DNA of 64,000 bases from Candidatus Binataceae bacterium. GTDB lineage: Bacteria; Desulfobacterota; Binatia; Binatales; Binataceae. Of this stretch, positions 1 to 9,774 are shown one piece after another (the stretch's first letter is position 1; every line of letters begins with the position of its first letter). A program made the translations under genes and the position numbers. The notes under the pieces are model-generated. The model was not told where the DNA came from. It searched no databases and was given only the letters and a program-made list of their open reading frames with translations. The DNA lies in contig DASXMJ010000023.1 of assembly GCA_036495685.1 (NCBI GenBank), positions 11,422 through 75,421 on the forward strand, written 5' to 3'.

Positions 1-1776
1 TTCGCTACCAGCCAGCCGAGGCCGATTGGTTCTGAGCAGCAGAATCGAATCGCCGGCCTGCTGGAAGCAAGCCGTGACCCGCCGGCTCACGTCCGCCATC
101 ACGCCGAGTACCGCGATGGTGGGGGTGGGAGGAATAGCGCGCCCTTCGGTCTCGTTGTAGAAGCTGACGTTGCCACTCACTACTGGGGCACTAAGCGAGC
201 GGGCCGCATCGCCCAAACCGCGCACACCCTCGGCGAATTGCCACATTATCTCCGGCCGCTCCGGATTTCCGTAGTTGAGGCAGTTGGTTATGCCCACCGG
301 CCGCGCACCCGCGCAAGCCACATTGCGCGCGGCTTCCACGACGGTGGCAACGGCGCCCAGATAGGGGTCGAGAGCGCACGCACGAGGATTGGAGTCCACC
401 GTAAGCGCGATCGCACGCCGGCTGTGCTTGAGCCGCAGCACGGCGGCGTCGCTTAACCCGGGTCCCGAGACGGTATTACCCTGCACGAGCGAGTCGTACT
501 GGCGAAACACCCAGCGCTTCGAGGCTACGTTGGGATTCTCAAGTAACGCTTTAAGTGCCGCAGAGGGCGCTGGAACGCGAGTGGTCACGCGCCCACCAAC
601 GCGGGAGGGCACAACCGGTTTCATCGGGCGCTCGTAAGCGGGCGCTTCTTCGGCCAGTACACCGACCGGAAGGTCGGCGACCAGCTGACCACGCCAGCGC
701 GCGCGCCACCGGCGCTCGCCGATAACCTCGCCAATCACCACCGCGTGAAGATCCCAGCGCTCGAAGATCGCCTGCAGTTCTGCTTCGCGCCCGCGCTTGG
801 CAACGATCAGCATACGCTCCTGCGACTCCGACAGGAGAATTTCGTACGGCGTCAGATTTGGCTCGCGCAGCGGAACCCGGTCCAGGTCGAGCTCGACTCC
901 CAGCCCTCCCCGCGCCGCCATCTCGCTCGAAGAGGAGGTCAGACCCGCCGCGCCCATGTCCTGGATCGCGACGATCGCGCCGCTCTTGGCTGCCTCGAGG
1001 CATGCCTCGATCAGCAGCTTCTCGGTAAACGGATCGCCGACCTGGACGGTGGGGCGCTTGGACTCGCTTTGCGCATCGAACTCCGCCGATGCGAGCAGCG
1101 ATGCGCCGTGAATTCCGTCGCGCCCGGTGGCGGAGCCGACGTAGAGAACCGGGTTGCCCACCCCGCTCGCGCGCGCGCTCAGCAGCTCGCCGCGGCGCGC
1201 GAGTCCGAGACAGAACGCATTGACGAGGATGTTTCCGTTGTAGGATGGGTCGAACATCACCTCGCCCGCCACCGTCGGCACCCCAACGCAATTGCCGTAG
1301 CCGCCGATTCCGCCGACCACGCCGCCCAGCAGATAGCTGGTGCGCGGATGGTCGAAAGATCCGAACTTGAGGGAGTTCATCGAGGCGATCGGCCGCGCGC
1401 CCATCGTGAAAATGTCGCGCAGAATTCCGCCGACGCCGGTGGCCGCGCCCTGGTACGGCTCGACGAAAGACGGATGGTTGTGGCTTTCGATCTTGAAGGC
1501 CGCGACCCAGCCGTCGCCGACATCGATGGCGCCGGCGTTTTCGCCGGGACCCTGGACCACCAGTTCGCTCCGGCTCGGCAGCGTGCGCAGGTGCTTGCGC
1601 GAGGACTTGTAGGAGCAGTGTTCCGACCACATTACCGAGAACACGCCGAGCTCGGTGTAGGTGGGCATGCGGCCGAGGATTGTTTCGATCTTCTGAAATT
1701 CGTCCGGGGTGAGGCCGTGCACGCGAGCTTGCTCGCTATCCACGCGCGGCTCACCGGGCAGTGAAACCGGAATCAT
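1..1776 (-). CDS. purL: Phosphoribosylformylglycinamidine synthase subunit PurL (FGAM synthase II); C-terminus truncated by window edge
   Basis: Not in ORF track because it has no stop inside the window. Reverse-strand translation from ATG (1776-1774) gives MIPVSLPGEPRVDSEQARVHGLTPDEFQKIETILGRMPTYTELGVFSVMWSEHCSYKSS...NHPSFVEPYQGAATGVGGILRD..., hallmark PurL motifs. Its ATG overlaps the purQ stop (ATGA). Confidence 0.9.
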   Translation of the reverse strand, partial: MIPVSLPGEPRVDSEQARVHGLTPDEFQKIETILGRMPTYTELGVFSVMWSEHCSYKSSRKHLRTLPSRSELVVQGPGENAGAIDVGDGWVAAFKIESHNHPSFVEPYQGAATGVGGILRDIFTMGARPIASMNSLKFGSFDHPRTSYLLGGVVGGIGGYGNCVGVPTVAGEVMFDPSYNGNILVNAFCLGLARRGELLSARASGVGNPVLYVGSATGRDGIHGASLLASAEFDAQSESKRPTVQVGDPFTEKLLIEACLEAAKSGAIVAIQDMGAAGLTSSSSEMAARGGLGVELDLDRVPLREPNLTPYEILLSESQERMLIVAKRGREAELQAIFERWDLHAVVIGEVIGERRWRARWRGQLVADLPVGVLAEEAPAYERPMKPVVPSRVGGRVTTRVPAPSAALKALLENPNVASKRWVFRQYDSLVQGNTVSGPGLSDAAVLRLKHSRRAIALTVDSNPRACALDPYLGAVATVVEAARNVACAGARPVGITNCLNYGNPERPEIMWQFAEGVRGLGDAARSLSAPVVSGNVSFYNETEGRAIPPTPTIAVLGVMADVSRRVTACFQQAGDSILLLRTNRPRLAGSE

Positions 1777-2462
1777 CGCGCGCTCTCGATAATCGAGCGG
1801 AAAATCTTGAGGCCGTCCTCACCGCCGAGCAGCGCCTCGACCGCGTGTTCCGGATGCGGCATGAGGCCGAACACATTGAATCGTTCGTTGGCCACGCCCG
1901 CAATCGCGTGCAGCGAACCGTTGGGGTTTGCCGCGTCGCTCTGCTGTCCGGCGGCGTCCACGTAGCGTAGCAGCACCTGCCCGCGCTCTTCCATCTGGCG
2001 AAGTTCGGCTGCCGGCGCCACGTAAAGTCCCTCGCCGTGCTTGATCGGCAACTTGAGCACCTCGCCCTGGCGCAGCGCGCAGGTAAACGGGGTCTGCGCG
2101 TTTTCGACGCGCACATGTACAGGCTCGCAGATGAACGACAGGGTGCGATTTCGCGTCAGCGCACCCGGCAGCAGATGAGCCTCGCACAGCACCTGGAAGC
2201 CGTTGCAGGTGCCAACGACCAATCCGCCCTCGGCGGCGAATTTGGCGACGCTGTCCATTATCGGGGAAAACCGTGCGATCGCGCCGCAGCGGAGATAATC
2301 GCCGTAGCTGAAGCCCCCCGGCAATAGCACGCATTCCACACCTTGAAGGGAGGTGTCTTTATGCCACAGCAGCGATGCTTCCTGGCCCATCACCTCCCGC
2401 AGCGCCCAGAGCGCGTCGTTGTCGTCCAGCGAACCGGGGAACCTGACTACCCCCCATTTCAT
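1773..2462 (-). CDS. purQ: Phosphoribosylformylglycinamidine synthase glutaminase subunit PurQ
   Basis: Class I glutamine amidotransferase sequence (MKWGVVRFPGSLDDNDA...GTCNGFQVL...HPE). Start re-set to the MKWGVV ATG at 2462-2460, which overlaps the purS stop by ATGA. Confidence 0.92.
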   Translation of the reverse strand: MKWGVVRFPGSLDDNDALWALREVMGQEASLLWHKDTSLQGVECVLLPGGFSYGDYLRCGAIARFSPIMDSVAKFAAEGGLVVGTCNGFQVLCEAHLLPGALTRNRTLSFICEPVHVRVENAQTPFTCALRQGEVLKLPIKHGEGLYVAPAAELRQMEERGQVLLRYVDAAGQQSDAANPNGSLHAIAGVANERFNVFGLMPHPEHAVEALLGGEDGLKIFRSIIESAR

Positions 2463-2704
2463 TCGCCTTCGACCTCGAACGTGTAGTCCTCGATGAGCGG
2501 ATTGGCGAGCAACCGCTCGCACATCTGGTGTGCCTGGTCACGCGCCTCGGCAGTCGATTGGGCGCCGATCTCAAGCACGATGTACTTGCCGATCTTGACG
2601 CCGGCAACGCTCTTGAAGCCAAGGCTCTTCAGCGCATGCTCGACTGCGCGGCCCTGCGGGTCGAGGATTCCCCTGCGCGGGGTAACGAAGACTTTCACCT
2701 GCAA
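2459..2704 (-). CDS. purS: Phosphoribosylformylglycinamidine synthase subunit PurS
   Basis: 81-aa protein MQVKVFVTPRRGILDPQGRAVEHALKSLGF..., typical PurS; it sits immediately upstream of purQ. Confidence 0.9.
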   Translation of the reverse strand: MQVKVFVTPRRGILDPQGRAVEHALKSLGFKSVAGVKIGKYIVLEIGAQSTAEARDQAHQMCERLLANPLIEDYTFEVEGE

Positions 2705-2806
2705 GCGCGGACCCTCCTCCCCGCGTCCGGCGGGAAACGCCCGGAGGAGCGGTGCGCTATCTCAAACATCGGGACTCATCTGCTCCGCGCGCCGGAACCG
2801 CGACAC

Positions 2807-3523
2807 TCAGCTCTCCACCCTGCGCAGCATCTCGTGGTAAGCCTCCTCCACGCCACCCAGATCGCGGCGAAACCGGTCTTTGTCCAGCTTTTGGCGCGTC
2901 TGCTTGTCCCAGAAGCGGCAGGTGTCGGGACAGATCTCGTCGCCCAGCAGGATCTCGCCCTTGTGGCGACCGAACTCCAGCTTGAAATCGACCAATAGTA
3001 CGCCGCGCTCATCGAGGAAGCGCTTGAGGATTTCATTGACCTTAAGTGCCAGTGACTTGATTTGCTCGATCTCGGGCGCAGTCGCCCACCCGAATTCGAT
3101 CGCGTGTTCGGGGTAAATCAGCGGATCATCTAGCGGGTCGGACTTGTAGTAGTACTCGACCACCGGCTGCTTGAGCGGCGCGCCCTCCTCGCGGCCGAGC
3201 CGCTTCGCCATCGAGCCCGCGACGATATTCCGCACCACGGTTTCGACCGGAACGATATCGAGGCGCTTGCACAGCATCTCGCGATCGTCCAGGCGGCGGA
3301 CAAAATGGGTCCTGACCCCGGCGCGTTCCAGCAGAGTGAAGAACAATTCCGACATCCGGTTGTTCATCACACCCTTGTCTTCGATGGTCCCGCGCTTTTT
3401 GGCGTTGAACGCGGTCGCATCGTCCTTGAAGTACTGGATCACGAGGTCCGGGTCCGACGTCGTGTAGAGCTTCTTGGCCTTGCCCTCGTAGAACATTTCA
3501 CGTTTTTGAGGAGCAGATTGCAC
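2807..3523 (-). CDS. purC: Phosphoribosylaminoimidazole-succinocarboxamide synthase (SAICAR synthetase) PurC
   Basis: MFYEGKAKKLYTTSDPDLVIQYFKDDATAFN... matches the SAICAR synthetase family. The true start could be the internal M at 3496. Confidence 0.9.
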   Translation of the reverse strand: MQSAPQKREMFYEGKAKKLYTTSDPDLVIQYFKDDATAFNAKKRGTIEDKGVMNNRMSELFFTLLERAGVRTHFVRRLDDREMLCKRLDIVPVETVVRNIVAGSMAKRLGREEGAPLKQPVVEYYYKSDPLDDPLIYPEHAIEFGWATAPEIEQIKSLALKVNEILKRFLDERGVLLVDFKLEFGRHKGEILLGDEICPDTCRFWDKQTRQKLDKDRFRRDLGGVEEAYHEMLRRVES

Positions 3524-3651
3524 TTTTATCTCCGTTTGCTTTCAACTATCTGACTGCCGCTAGGCCGACAACGAAACCGTCCGGACGACTATCCACAACA
3601 GGGTTTTTCTATTCACAACGCGCGTCGAACCGGGGTGCGTGAATCTCTCTA

Positions 3652-5022
3652 TCACCCTCCCGATTTGGGCGCGTAACGTTCAACCAATGCCGCCGCGAGG
3701 CCTCCGTAGCTGCGCGGCGAGAGCTTCCGGAGCGCTTCGCGAGCGCGGTTTTCAAGCGGCAAAGCCTCGATAAATTCCTGGATCGCGCGACGGTCGACTC
3801 TCCGGCCACGGGTCAGCTCCTTCAGAGTCTCATACGGCCGTGGCAGCCCATAGGCGCGCATCAGCGTCTGAATACCCTCCGCAACCACCTCCCAGGCCTC
3901 CTCATCCTCAAGATCCGCGGCGATTCGAGGCTCGTTGACCTCGACGCGGCCCAGGCCTCGCTCGAGTGCCGCCAGGGCGACTACCACGTGCCCGAACGCG
4001 GTCCCCACCGCGCGCAGCGCGGTGGAGTCGCTCAAGTCCCGCTGCCAGCGGGAAATGGGCAGTTTCGCCGCCAGATGCCCCAGCAGTGCTGATGCGGTCC
4101 CGAAATTGCCCTCGGCGTTCTCAAAATCAATCGGATTGACCTTGTGTGGCATCACCGACGAGCCGGTCTCGCCCTTGACCGCCTTCTGGCTGAAGTAGCC
4201 GATCGAGATATACGCCCATATGTCGCGGCAGAAACCGAGCAGGATGGTGTCGATGCGTTCAACCACCGCGAACATCTCGGCCATAAAATCGTGGCTTTCG
4301 ATCTGCGTGGTCAGCGGGTTCCAGACCAGGGCCAGACCCTCCACGAATCTCCGCGAATGGGCGAGCCAATCGACCTCGGGAGCAGCAAAGTGATGAGCAT
4401 TGAAATTGCCGACCGCGCCGTTGCATTTGCCCAGATATTCCTGGCGCCGGAGCTGGGCAAGCTGGCGATCGAGGCGCGCCGCAAAAATGGCGAGTTCCTT
4501 GCCAAGAGTGGTCGGCGAGGCTTCCTGGCCGTGGGTTCGCGCGAGCATGGCAAGCGAGCGGTAGCGATAGGCCAGGCCGGAAATACGCGCAACGATCTTC
4601 TCGATCTGCGGAATCAGCTCTCGCTGCGCGAATTCCTTCAGGCTGAGCGCGTAGGCGAGATTGTTGATGTCCTCGCTGGTACAGCCGAAATGTACCAGCT
4701 CGATCGGCAGTTTTCCGTCCACCATCGCCACGCGTTCTTTCAGGAAATACTCAACCGCTTTCACGTCGTGGTTGGTCTCGGACTCGAGCTCCTTGACTTT
4801 GCGGGCATCGTCGAGTGAGAAGCTCTCGTAGATTGCCCGCAACTTTTTCTGCGTTGCTGCCGGCAGCGGCGCCAGCGCGTCGAATCGAGAATTTTCCGCG
4901 AGGGTCAAGTACCATTCGACTTCGACCCTCACGCGATAACGGATCAGGGCGAACTCACTGAAATATTCCGCCAGTACACGCGTGCGTGCGCGGTAACGCC
5001 CATCGATGGGGCTTACCGCCAT
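3652..5022 (-). CDS. purB: Adenylosuccinate lyase PurB
   Basis: MAVSPIDGRYRARTRVLAEYFSEFALIRYRVRVEVEWY... is a class I PurB N-terminus. The ORF-track start at 5145 is a GTG extension with an Arg-rich leader, so I prefer the ATG at 5022 (alternative 5145). Confidence 0.88.
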   Translation of the reverse strand: MAVSPIDGRYRARTRVLAEYFSEFALIRYRVRVEVEWYLTLAENSRFDALAPLPAATQKKLRAIYESFSLDDARKVKELESETNHDVKAVEYFLKERVAMVDGKLPIELVHFGCTSEDINNLAYALSLKEFAQRELIPQIEKIVARISGLAYRYRSLAMLARTHGQEASPTTLGKELAIFAARLDRQLAQLRRQEYLGKCNGAVGNFNAHHFAAPEVDWLAHSRRFVEGLALVWNPLTTQIESHDFMAEMFAVVERIDTILLGFCRDIWAYISIGYFSQKAVKGETGSSVMPHKVNPIDFENAEGNFGTASALLGHLAAKLPISRWQRDLSDSTALRAVGTAFGHVVVALAALERGLGRVEVNEPRIAADLEDEEAWEVVAEGIQTLMRAYGLPRPYETLKELTRGRRVDRRAIQEFIEALPLENRAREALRKLSPRSYGGLAAALVERYAPKSGG

Positions 5023-5141
5023 CAAAGCGGCATCGATATCGGCCGACTTGAATGCCACCGGGACTCGAGATCGTTTGAGTACCACGGAATTATCGCCCAT
5101 CGCCCAACACCTAGATAGAGGGTCGCGTTCTTTCAGTTCGC

Positions 5142-5582
5142 TCACCGTCCGGTGTGCCCGAAACCACCCGGTCCGCGGCCACTTCCGGCGAGTTCATGCA
5201 CTTCCTCGATCTCGGCCCGCACCGCGGGCGCGATCACGAGTTGCGCGATGCGATCGCCCGGATGAATTTCAATCGTGCGGTCGCCCAGGTTCACGATCAG
5301 CACCTTCACCTCACCACGATAGTCCGCGTCGATAGTTCCCGGTGAGTTGATCATGGTGAGGCCTTCATTGATCGCCCGGCCGCTGCGAGGTCGAACCTGC
5401 CCCTCATAGCCGGGAGGAATTTCAATCGTCAGGCCGGTCGGAATCGCACGCCGCTCGTGGGGAGCGACGAAAACGGTGCCGCTGACGTCGGCTGCCAGGT
5501 CCATCCCGGCGGCATGCTGAGTTTGATATACGGGAAGCTGCGCGCTTTGGCGAAGACGCCTGAATTTGATGACTACGCTCAT
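5142..5582 (-). CDS. dut: dUTP diphosphatase (dUTPase)
   Basis: MSVVIKFRRL...HAAGMDLAA...RSGRAINEGLTMINSPGTIDADYRGEVKVLIVNLG match dUTPase motifs. Start set at the MSVV ATG. Confidence 0.88.
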   Translation of the reverse strand: MSVVIKFRRLRQSAQLPVYQTQHAAGMDLAADVSGTVFVAPHERRAIPTGLTIEIPPGYEGQVRPRSGRAINEGLTMINSPGTIDADYRGEVKVLIVNLGDRTIEIHPGDRIAQLVIAPAVRAEIEEVHELAGSGRGPGGFGHTGR

Positions 5583-5716
5583 GCTTGGGAGAAGTGCTCC
5601 AGCAGCTCCGATCAAAGCGGAATGCTAGAAGCAAAGCGAGCGCAGCGGCGCTGGAATTCCACAAATGCCCGCTCCCGGTTGCCCTGCCCTTCATGCGGAC
5701 CAAGGCGCAGAAGACG

Positions 5717-6979
5717 CTAGCCGAGTTCGGAAAAAACGCTGGTGCCGAGCTGGCGGCCCTTTAGGTCACCGAGCAGGGCCATCGCCATCTTGCCGGGTTC
5801 GAACAGCGCATTCGCCAGTTCGACGATCTGATCTGCGGTGACGCTGTCGATGCCATCGGCCAGTTCTTCGAGCGGGACCTCGCGCGCAAAGTAAATCTCG
5901 TTGCGCGCGAGCCGGTTCATCCTGCTCTCGGTCCCTTCCAGACCGAGCAGCATGTTGCCTTTGATCTGGCTCTTGGCGCGCGCCAATTCCTCGGGCCTGA
6001 GACCCTCCCGCACGACCTTGCGGATCTCCTTGAGCGTCACTTCGAGAACTTCGTCGAGCCACTCTGGATTGGTCCCCGCGTAGATGAGCGAGTAGCCGCA
6101 GTCCGCGTACGATGCCATCGATGAGTAAATACTGTAGACGCGGCCGCGCTTCTCGCGGACTTCCTGGAACAAGCGCGACGACATCCCGCCCCCCAAGGCG
6201 GTGTTAAGCACGTAGCTGGTGTAGCGCAGGTCGCTGACCTGGCTTAGGCCGGGACCCCCGATGCAGATATGCATCTGCTCGAGCTGCTTCTCGTGGTTCA
6301 CCACCATCGGCGTTTCGTCGGGTGGCGCAATTTTCTCGACTCGCCCATCGCCGGGAATTCCGCCGAACAGGCGCTGGCAGTCGTGCACCAGTTGATTGTG
6401 ATCCACCTGTCCGGCTGCGGCGATGAAGATTCGACCCGCGCGATAGCGCTCGCCCATGAATGACACCAGGAGGTCGCGATCGATCCGGTTTACCGTAGCG
6501 ACGGAACCGAAAATCGGCAGCGCCAGCGGATGGCCGCGCCAGAAGTTGAGCGTAAATAGGTCGTGGATGAAATCGTCCGGGGTGTCTTCGGCCTGGGAGA
6601 TTTCCTGCAGGACCACCTGGCGCTCGCGATCGATTTCTTCCGGGGCAAACAGCGACTCCAAAAAAATGTCGGCGAGCAGTTCGGTGGCCATCGGCAGATG
6701 CTGCCCCAGCACCTTGGCGTAGTAGCAGGTGTACTCCTTCCCGGTAAACGCGTTCAGCACGCCGCCGACCGCGTCCATCTCTTCGGCGATTTGCGCGGCG
6801 GTGCGCTTGCGCGTGCCCTTGAACAACAGGTGCTCGATAAAGTGGCTCACACCATTGTCGGCAGGTTCTTCGTAGCGCGAGCCGTTCTCCACCCAGATTC
6901 CGATGGTGCTCGAGAGGACGTGCGGCATGGACTCGGTCAGAACCCGCAGGCCGTTGCTTAGGCTGGAGCTGGAAATCAT
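5717..6979 (-). CDS. M16 family zinc metallopeptidase (pitrilysin/insulinase-like, HxxEH)
   Basis: NGLRVLTESMPHVLSSTIGIWVENGSRYEEPADNGVSHFIEHLLFKGT contains the inverted zincin HFIEH motif. The ORF-track N-terminal extension (Arg-rich, overlapping pnp) is rejected, and the start is set at MISSSS. Confidence 0.82.
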   Translation of the reverse strand: MISSSSLSNGLRVLTESMPHVLSSTIGIWVENGSRYEEPADNGVSHFIEHLLFKGTRKRTAAQIAEEMDAVGGVLNAFTGKEYTCYYAKVLGQHLPMATELLADIFLESLFAPEEIDRERQVVLQEISQAEDTPDDFIHDLFTLNFWRGHPLALPIFGSVATVNRIDRDLLVSFMGERYRAGRIFIAAAGQVDHNQLVHDCQRLFGGIPGDGRVEKIAPPDETPMVVNHEKQLEQMHICIGGPGLSQVSDLRYTSYVLNTALGGGMSSRLFQEVREKRGRVYSIYSSMASYADCGYSLIYAGTNPEWLDEVLEVTLKEIRKVVREGLRPEELARAKSQIKGNMLLGLEGTESRMNRLARNEIYFAREVPLEELADGIDSVTADQIVELANALFEPGKMAMALLGDLKGRQLGTSVFSELG

Positions 6980-7001
6980 CGGCTGATCTGCTGGCCGCGG
7001 A

Positions 7002-9095
7002 CTACTTGGCCCGCGCCAGGTCCTGCTTCGCCTCGCGCAGCGAGAGCCGGATCTTGCCGCTGCGATCCACGTCCAGAACCTTGACGTCGACCTCGTCGCC
7101 TTCACGTACCACGTCCTCGACGCGGCGCACGCGCTCCTCAGAAAGCTGCGAGATGTGGAGCAAGCCGTCGGTGCCCGGCATGATTTCAACGAACGCCCCG
7201 AACTCGACCACCTTGCGCACCTTGCCGTGGTAGATCTTGCCGACCTCGGGCTCGGCACAGATCGCCTGGATTGCTGCGATCGCCTTTTCCAGCGAGGGGC
7301 CATCCGCCGACGCGATGAGCACGGTGCCGTCGTCCTCGATATCGATCTTGGCGCCGGTTTCCTCGACCAAACCGCGAATCACCTTGCCTCCCGGGCCGAT
7401 CACCTCGCGAATCTTGTCGGGCTTGATGTGAATGGTCACGATGCGCGGCGCGTAAGCCGAGATGTCCTTGCGCGGGGTCGCGAGCGCTTTCTCCATCACC
7501 GACAAGATGAACAGACGGGCGTCGCGCGCCTGGTAGAGCGCCTGGCGCAGGATCTCGCGGGTGATGCCGCCGGCCTTGTTGTCCATCTGGATGGCGGTCA
7601 CGCCGCTAGCCGTGCCGGCGACTTTAAAGTCCATGTCGCCGAGATGGTCTTCGTCTCCAAGGATGTCGGTGAGGACCGCGACCTTGTCCCCTTCCTTGAC
7701 CAGTCCCATCGCGATTCCCGCGACCGGCGCCTTGATCGGGACGCCGGCATCCATCAGTGCGAGGGTTCCGCCGCAGACGGTGGCCATCGAGGAGCTGCCA
7801 TTCGATTCAAGCACCTCGGAGACCACCCGAATCGTGTACGGAAAATCCGCCTCGTCCGGCAGCACCGGCGTGAGCGCGCGCTCCGCCAATGCCCCATGAC
7901 CGATTTCGCGCCGCGACGGAGCGCGCAGAAATTTGACTTCTCCCGTGGAAAACGGGGGAAAGTTGTAGTGCAGCATGAATTTCTTGAATCGCTCGCCGAG
8001 CAGCGCATCGATCTTCTGCTCGTCCGAGCCGGTACCCAGGGTTGCGGTCGCCAGCACCTGGGTCTCGCCGCGACTGAACACCGCCGAGCCATGTGTGCGC
8101 GGCAGCACTTGCACCTCTGCGCTCAGCGGGCGGATGTCGGTGGGCTTGCGATCATCGATGCGCCGGCCCTTGTCCAGAATTTCGGAACGGACCCGTTCGC
8201 GCACCAGCTTGTCACAGGCCTCCGCCAGCTCGCCGCTGCGCTCGGCGAATCGTTCGCCCAACTGGGCAACGGCCTGGTCAGTCAGCGAGTAGAGCGCCGT
8301 GTTGCGCTCCTTCTTGCTCGCGATCGAGAGCGCCCGCTCGATGCCATCGCCGATCTGCTGCTTGACCGCCACCAGCAGCTCCGGGTCCAGAGCCTTCTGG
8401 GTGAATTCACGCTTGGGCTTGCCCGCGAGGTTGCGCAGCTCTTCCTGCATCTCGAACAGGGGTTGCATCGCCTCGTGTGCGGTAAACAGCGCCTCGACCA
8501 CGGTGTCCTCGTCGACCACTTCAGCACCGCCTTCGAGCATCACGATCGAGTCCGGCTTGGCCGCGACCATCAGCGAGATGTCGCTGTTTTCCAGGTTTCC
8601 GATCGTCGGGCTTACCGCGATCTTGCCGTCAATTCGACCCATCCGAAGCGCCGCCACCGGACCATTGTGCGGCACGTCGGAGACCTGCAGGGCAGCCGAC
8701 GCCGCGATGAGCGAAAGCGCCTCGGTATCGTTGTCCCGATCGGCGGACAGAACGTTGACGATGATCTGTGTCTCCCGATCGTATCCCTTGGGGAACAAGG
8801 GGCGCAGCGCCCGATCGATCAACCGCGAGGTGAGAATTTCCTTCTCCGACGCGCGCCCCTCGCGCTTGAAAAATCCGCCGGGAATTTTTCCCGCCGCGAA
8901 AGTCTTTTCAGCGTAATCGACGGTCAGCGGCAGGAAATCGACTTTGTCGCGGGCTTCATAATCCGAGGTAACGGTGGCGAGTACCACCGTTTCGCCATAC
9001 TGGGCGAGCACCGAGCCGTGAGCCTGCTTCGCGAGCCGACCGGTTTCGAGCGACAAACGTCGCCCTGCGAGGTCAATTTCGAGTTTTCGAGACAT
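7002..9095 (-). CDS. pnp: Polyribonucleotide nucleotidyltransferase (PNPase)
   Basis: 697 aa with two RNase PH domains and KH plus S1 domains at the C-terminus (GKIYHGKVRKVVEFGAFVEI...). Its position downstream of rpsO is conserved. Confidence 0.95.
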   Translation of the reverse strand: MSRKLEIDLAGRRLSLETGRLAKQAHGSVLAQYGETVVLATVTSDYEARDKVDFLPLTVDYAEKTFAAGKIPGGFFKREGRASEKEILTSRLIDRALRPLFPKGYDRETQIIVNVLSADRDNDTEALSLIAASAALQVSDVPHNGPVAALRMGRIDGKIAVSPTIGNLENSDISLMVAAKPDSIVMLEGGAEVVDEDTVVEALFTAHEAMQPLFEMQEELRNLAGKPKREFTQKALDPELLVAVKQQIGDGIERALSIASKKERNTALYSLTDQAVAQLGERFAERSGELAEACDKLVRERVRSEILDKGRRIDDRKPTDIRPLSAEVQVLPRTHGSAVFSRGETQVLATATLGTGSDEQKIDALLGERFKKFMLHYNFPPFSTGEVKFLRAPSRREIGHGALAERALTPVLPDEADFPYTIRVVSEVLESNGSSSMATVCGGTLALMDAGVPIKAPVAGIAMGLVKEGDKVAVLTDILGDEDHLGDMDFKVAGTASGVTAIQMDNKAGGITREILRQALYQARDARLFILSVMEKALATPRKDISAYAPRIVTIHIKPDKIREVIGPGGKVIRGLVEETGAKIDIEDDGTVLIASADGPSLEKAIAAIQAICAEPEVGKIYHGKVRKVVEFGAFVEIMPGTDGLLHISQLSEERVRRVEDVVREGDEVDVKVLDVDRSGKIRLSLREAKQDLARAK

Positions 9096-9175
9096 GGTTG
9101 TGACACCTGAGGGAGGAACCGGGCCGCGGGACGACTGCGGATTTTTCTGATCCGCCGGGCACCTCGGATGGTGCG

Positions 9176-9205
9176 CCCGAGGACCGGTCGAGCGACCGGC
9201 TCGGG
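9176..9205 (-). promoter_or_regulatory. Strong stem-loop in the rpsO-pnp intergenic region (rpsO terminator / pnp leader processing hairpin)
   Basis: On the minus strand the sequence reads CCCGAG-CCGGTC-GCTC-GACCGG-TC-CTCGGG, a nested 6+6 bp stem. A second hairpin follows (CGGAT-CAGAAAA-ATCCG). The location matches the known pnp autoregulatory leader in other bacteria. Confidence 0.55.
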
Positions 9206-9258
9206 CCCGCGTCTGCCCCTCTCAAAGGGGAGCGACGCGGCCGTAAATGAATTGCGGC

Positions 9259-9528
9259 CTATCTCCGGATACCGAGCTTTTCGATCAGCCCTTTGTAACG
9301 GGCAAAGTCGCGGGAACGCAGATAGTCCAGCAGCCGACGGCGCTGGCCTACCAGCTTGAGCAGGCCGCGACGCGTATGATGATCTTTCGCGTGCGTGCTC
9401 AGATGCGAGGTGAGCTGCTCGATGCGCGCCGACAGCAGCGCGACCTGTACCTCAGGCGATCCGCTGTCGTTGGCAGTGCGAGCGTTGGCTTGGACTATTT
9501 CCCGTTTGCGGGCGACAGAAAGGGGCAT
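9259..9528 (-). CDS. rpsO: 30S ribosomal protein S15
   Basis: 89 aa with [13 protein letters not shown]...[40 protein letters not shown], the canonical S15 sequence. Confidence 0.95.
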   Translation of the reverse strand: MPLSVARKREIVQANARTANDSGSPEVQVALLSARIEQLTSHLSTHAKDHHTRRGLLKLVGQRRRLLDYLRSRDFARYKGLIEKLGIRR

Positions 9529-9704
9529 CAGGAGCTCTTACTTTTTCCCTATCTTCCTTTGTTAGCCGCCCAAACTAGCAGAGGGTCATCGACGAGTAAA
9601 GGTTTCCGAATGGCTCTCTTAGTTCAGCAAAAATGTCCGCTTCTAACCGCTCAGCGAAAGTGTCCGCCCGGATGCGTGGCGGTGGGTAACCTCGCGCCGC
9701 CGAT

Positions 9705-9733
9705 TTGACGATTGCGGGCCGCCTCCCGATAAT
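9705..9733 (+). promoter_or_regulatory. Putative sigma70-type promoter (TTGACG-17-GATAAT) for the downstream zinc-ribbon/bPH gene
   Basis: TTGACG at 9705-9710, a 17-nt spacer, then GATAAT at 9728-9733, about 40 nt upstream of the ATG at 9775. Confidence 0.4.
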
Positions 9734-9774
9734 CGCACAGTGAATGGAGCGAGGTGAGGTGGCGGGGCGGCGCG

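Noticed and set aside
551-1764. Two long ORFs in the track (551-1630 minus, 745-1764 plus) with Arg/Ala/Gly-rich translations
   Set aside because: Both lie inside the purL coding region in the wrong frame or strand. Their composition (RRRR, GRG runs) is the usual high-GC off-frame artefact, and the true frame gives unmistakable PurL motifs.
7155-9110. 651-aa plus-strand ORF covering the pnp locus
   Set aside because: Antisense to the strongly conserved PNPase gene. Its low-complexity Arg/Asp/Leu-rich translation has no domain.
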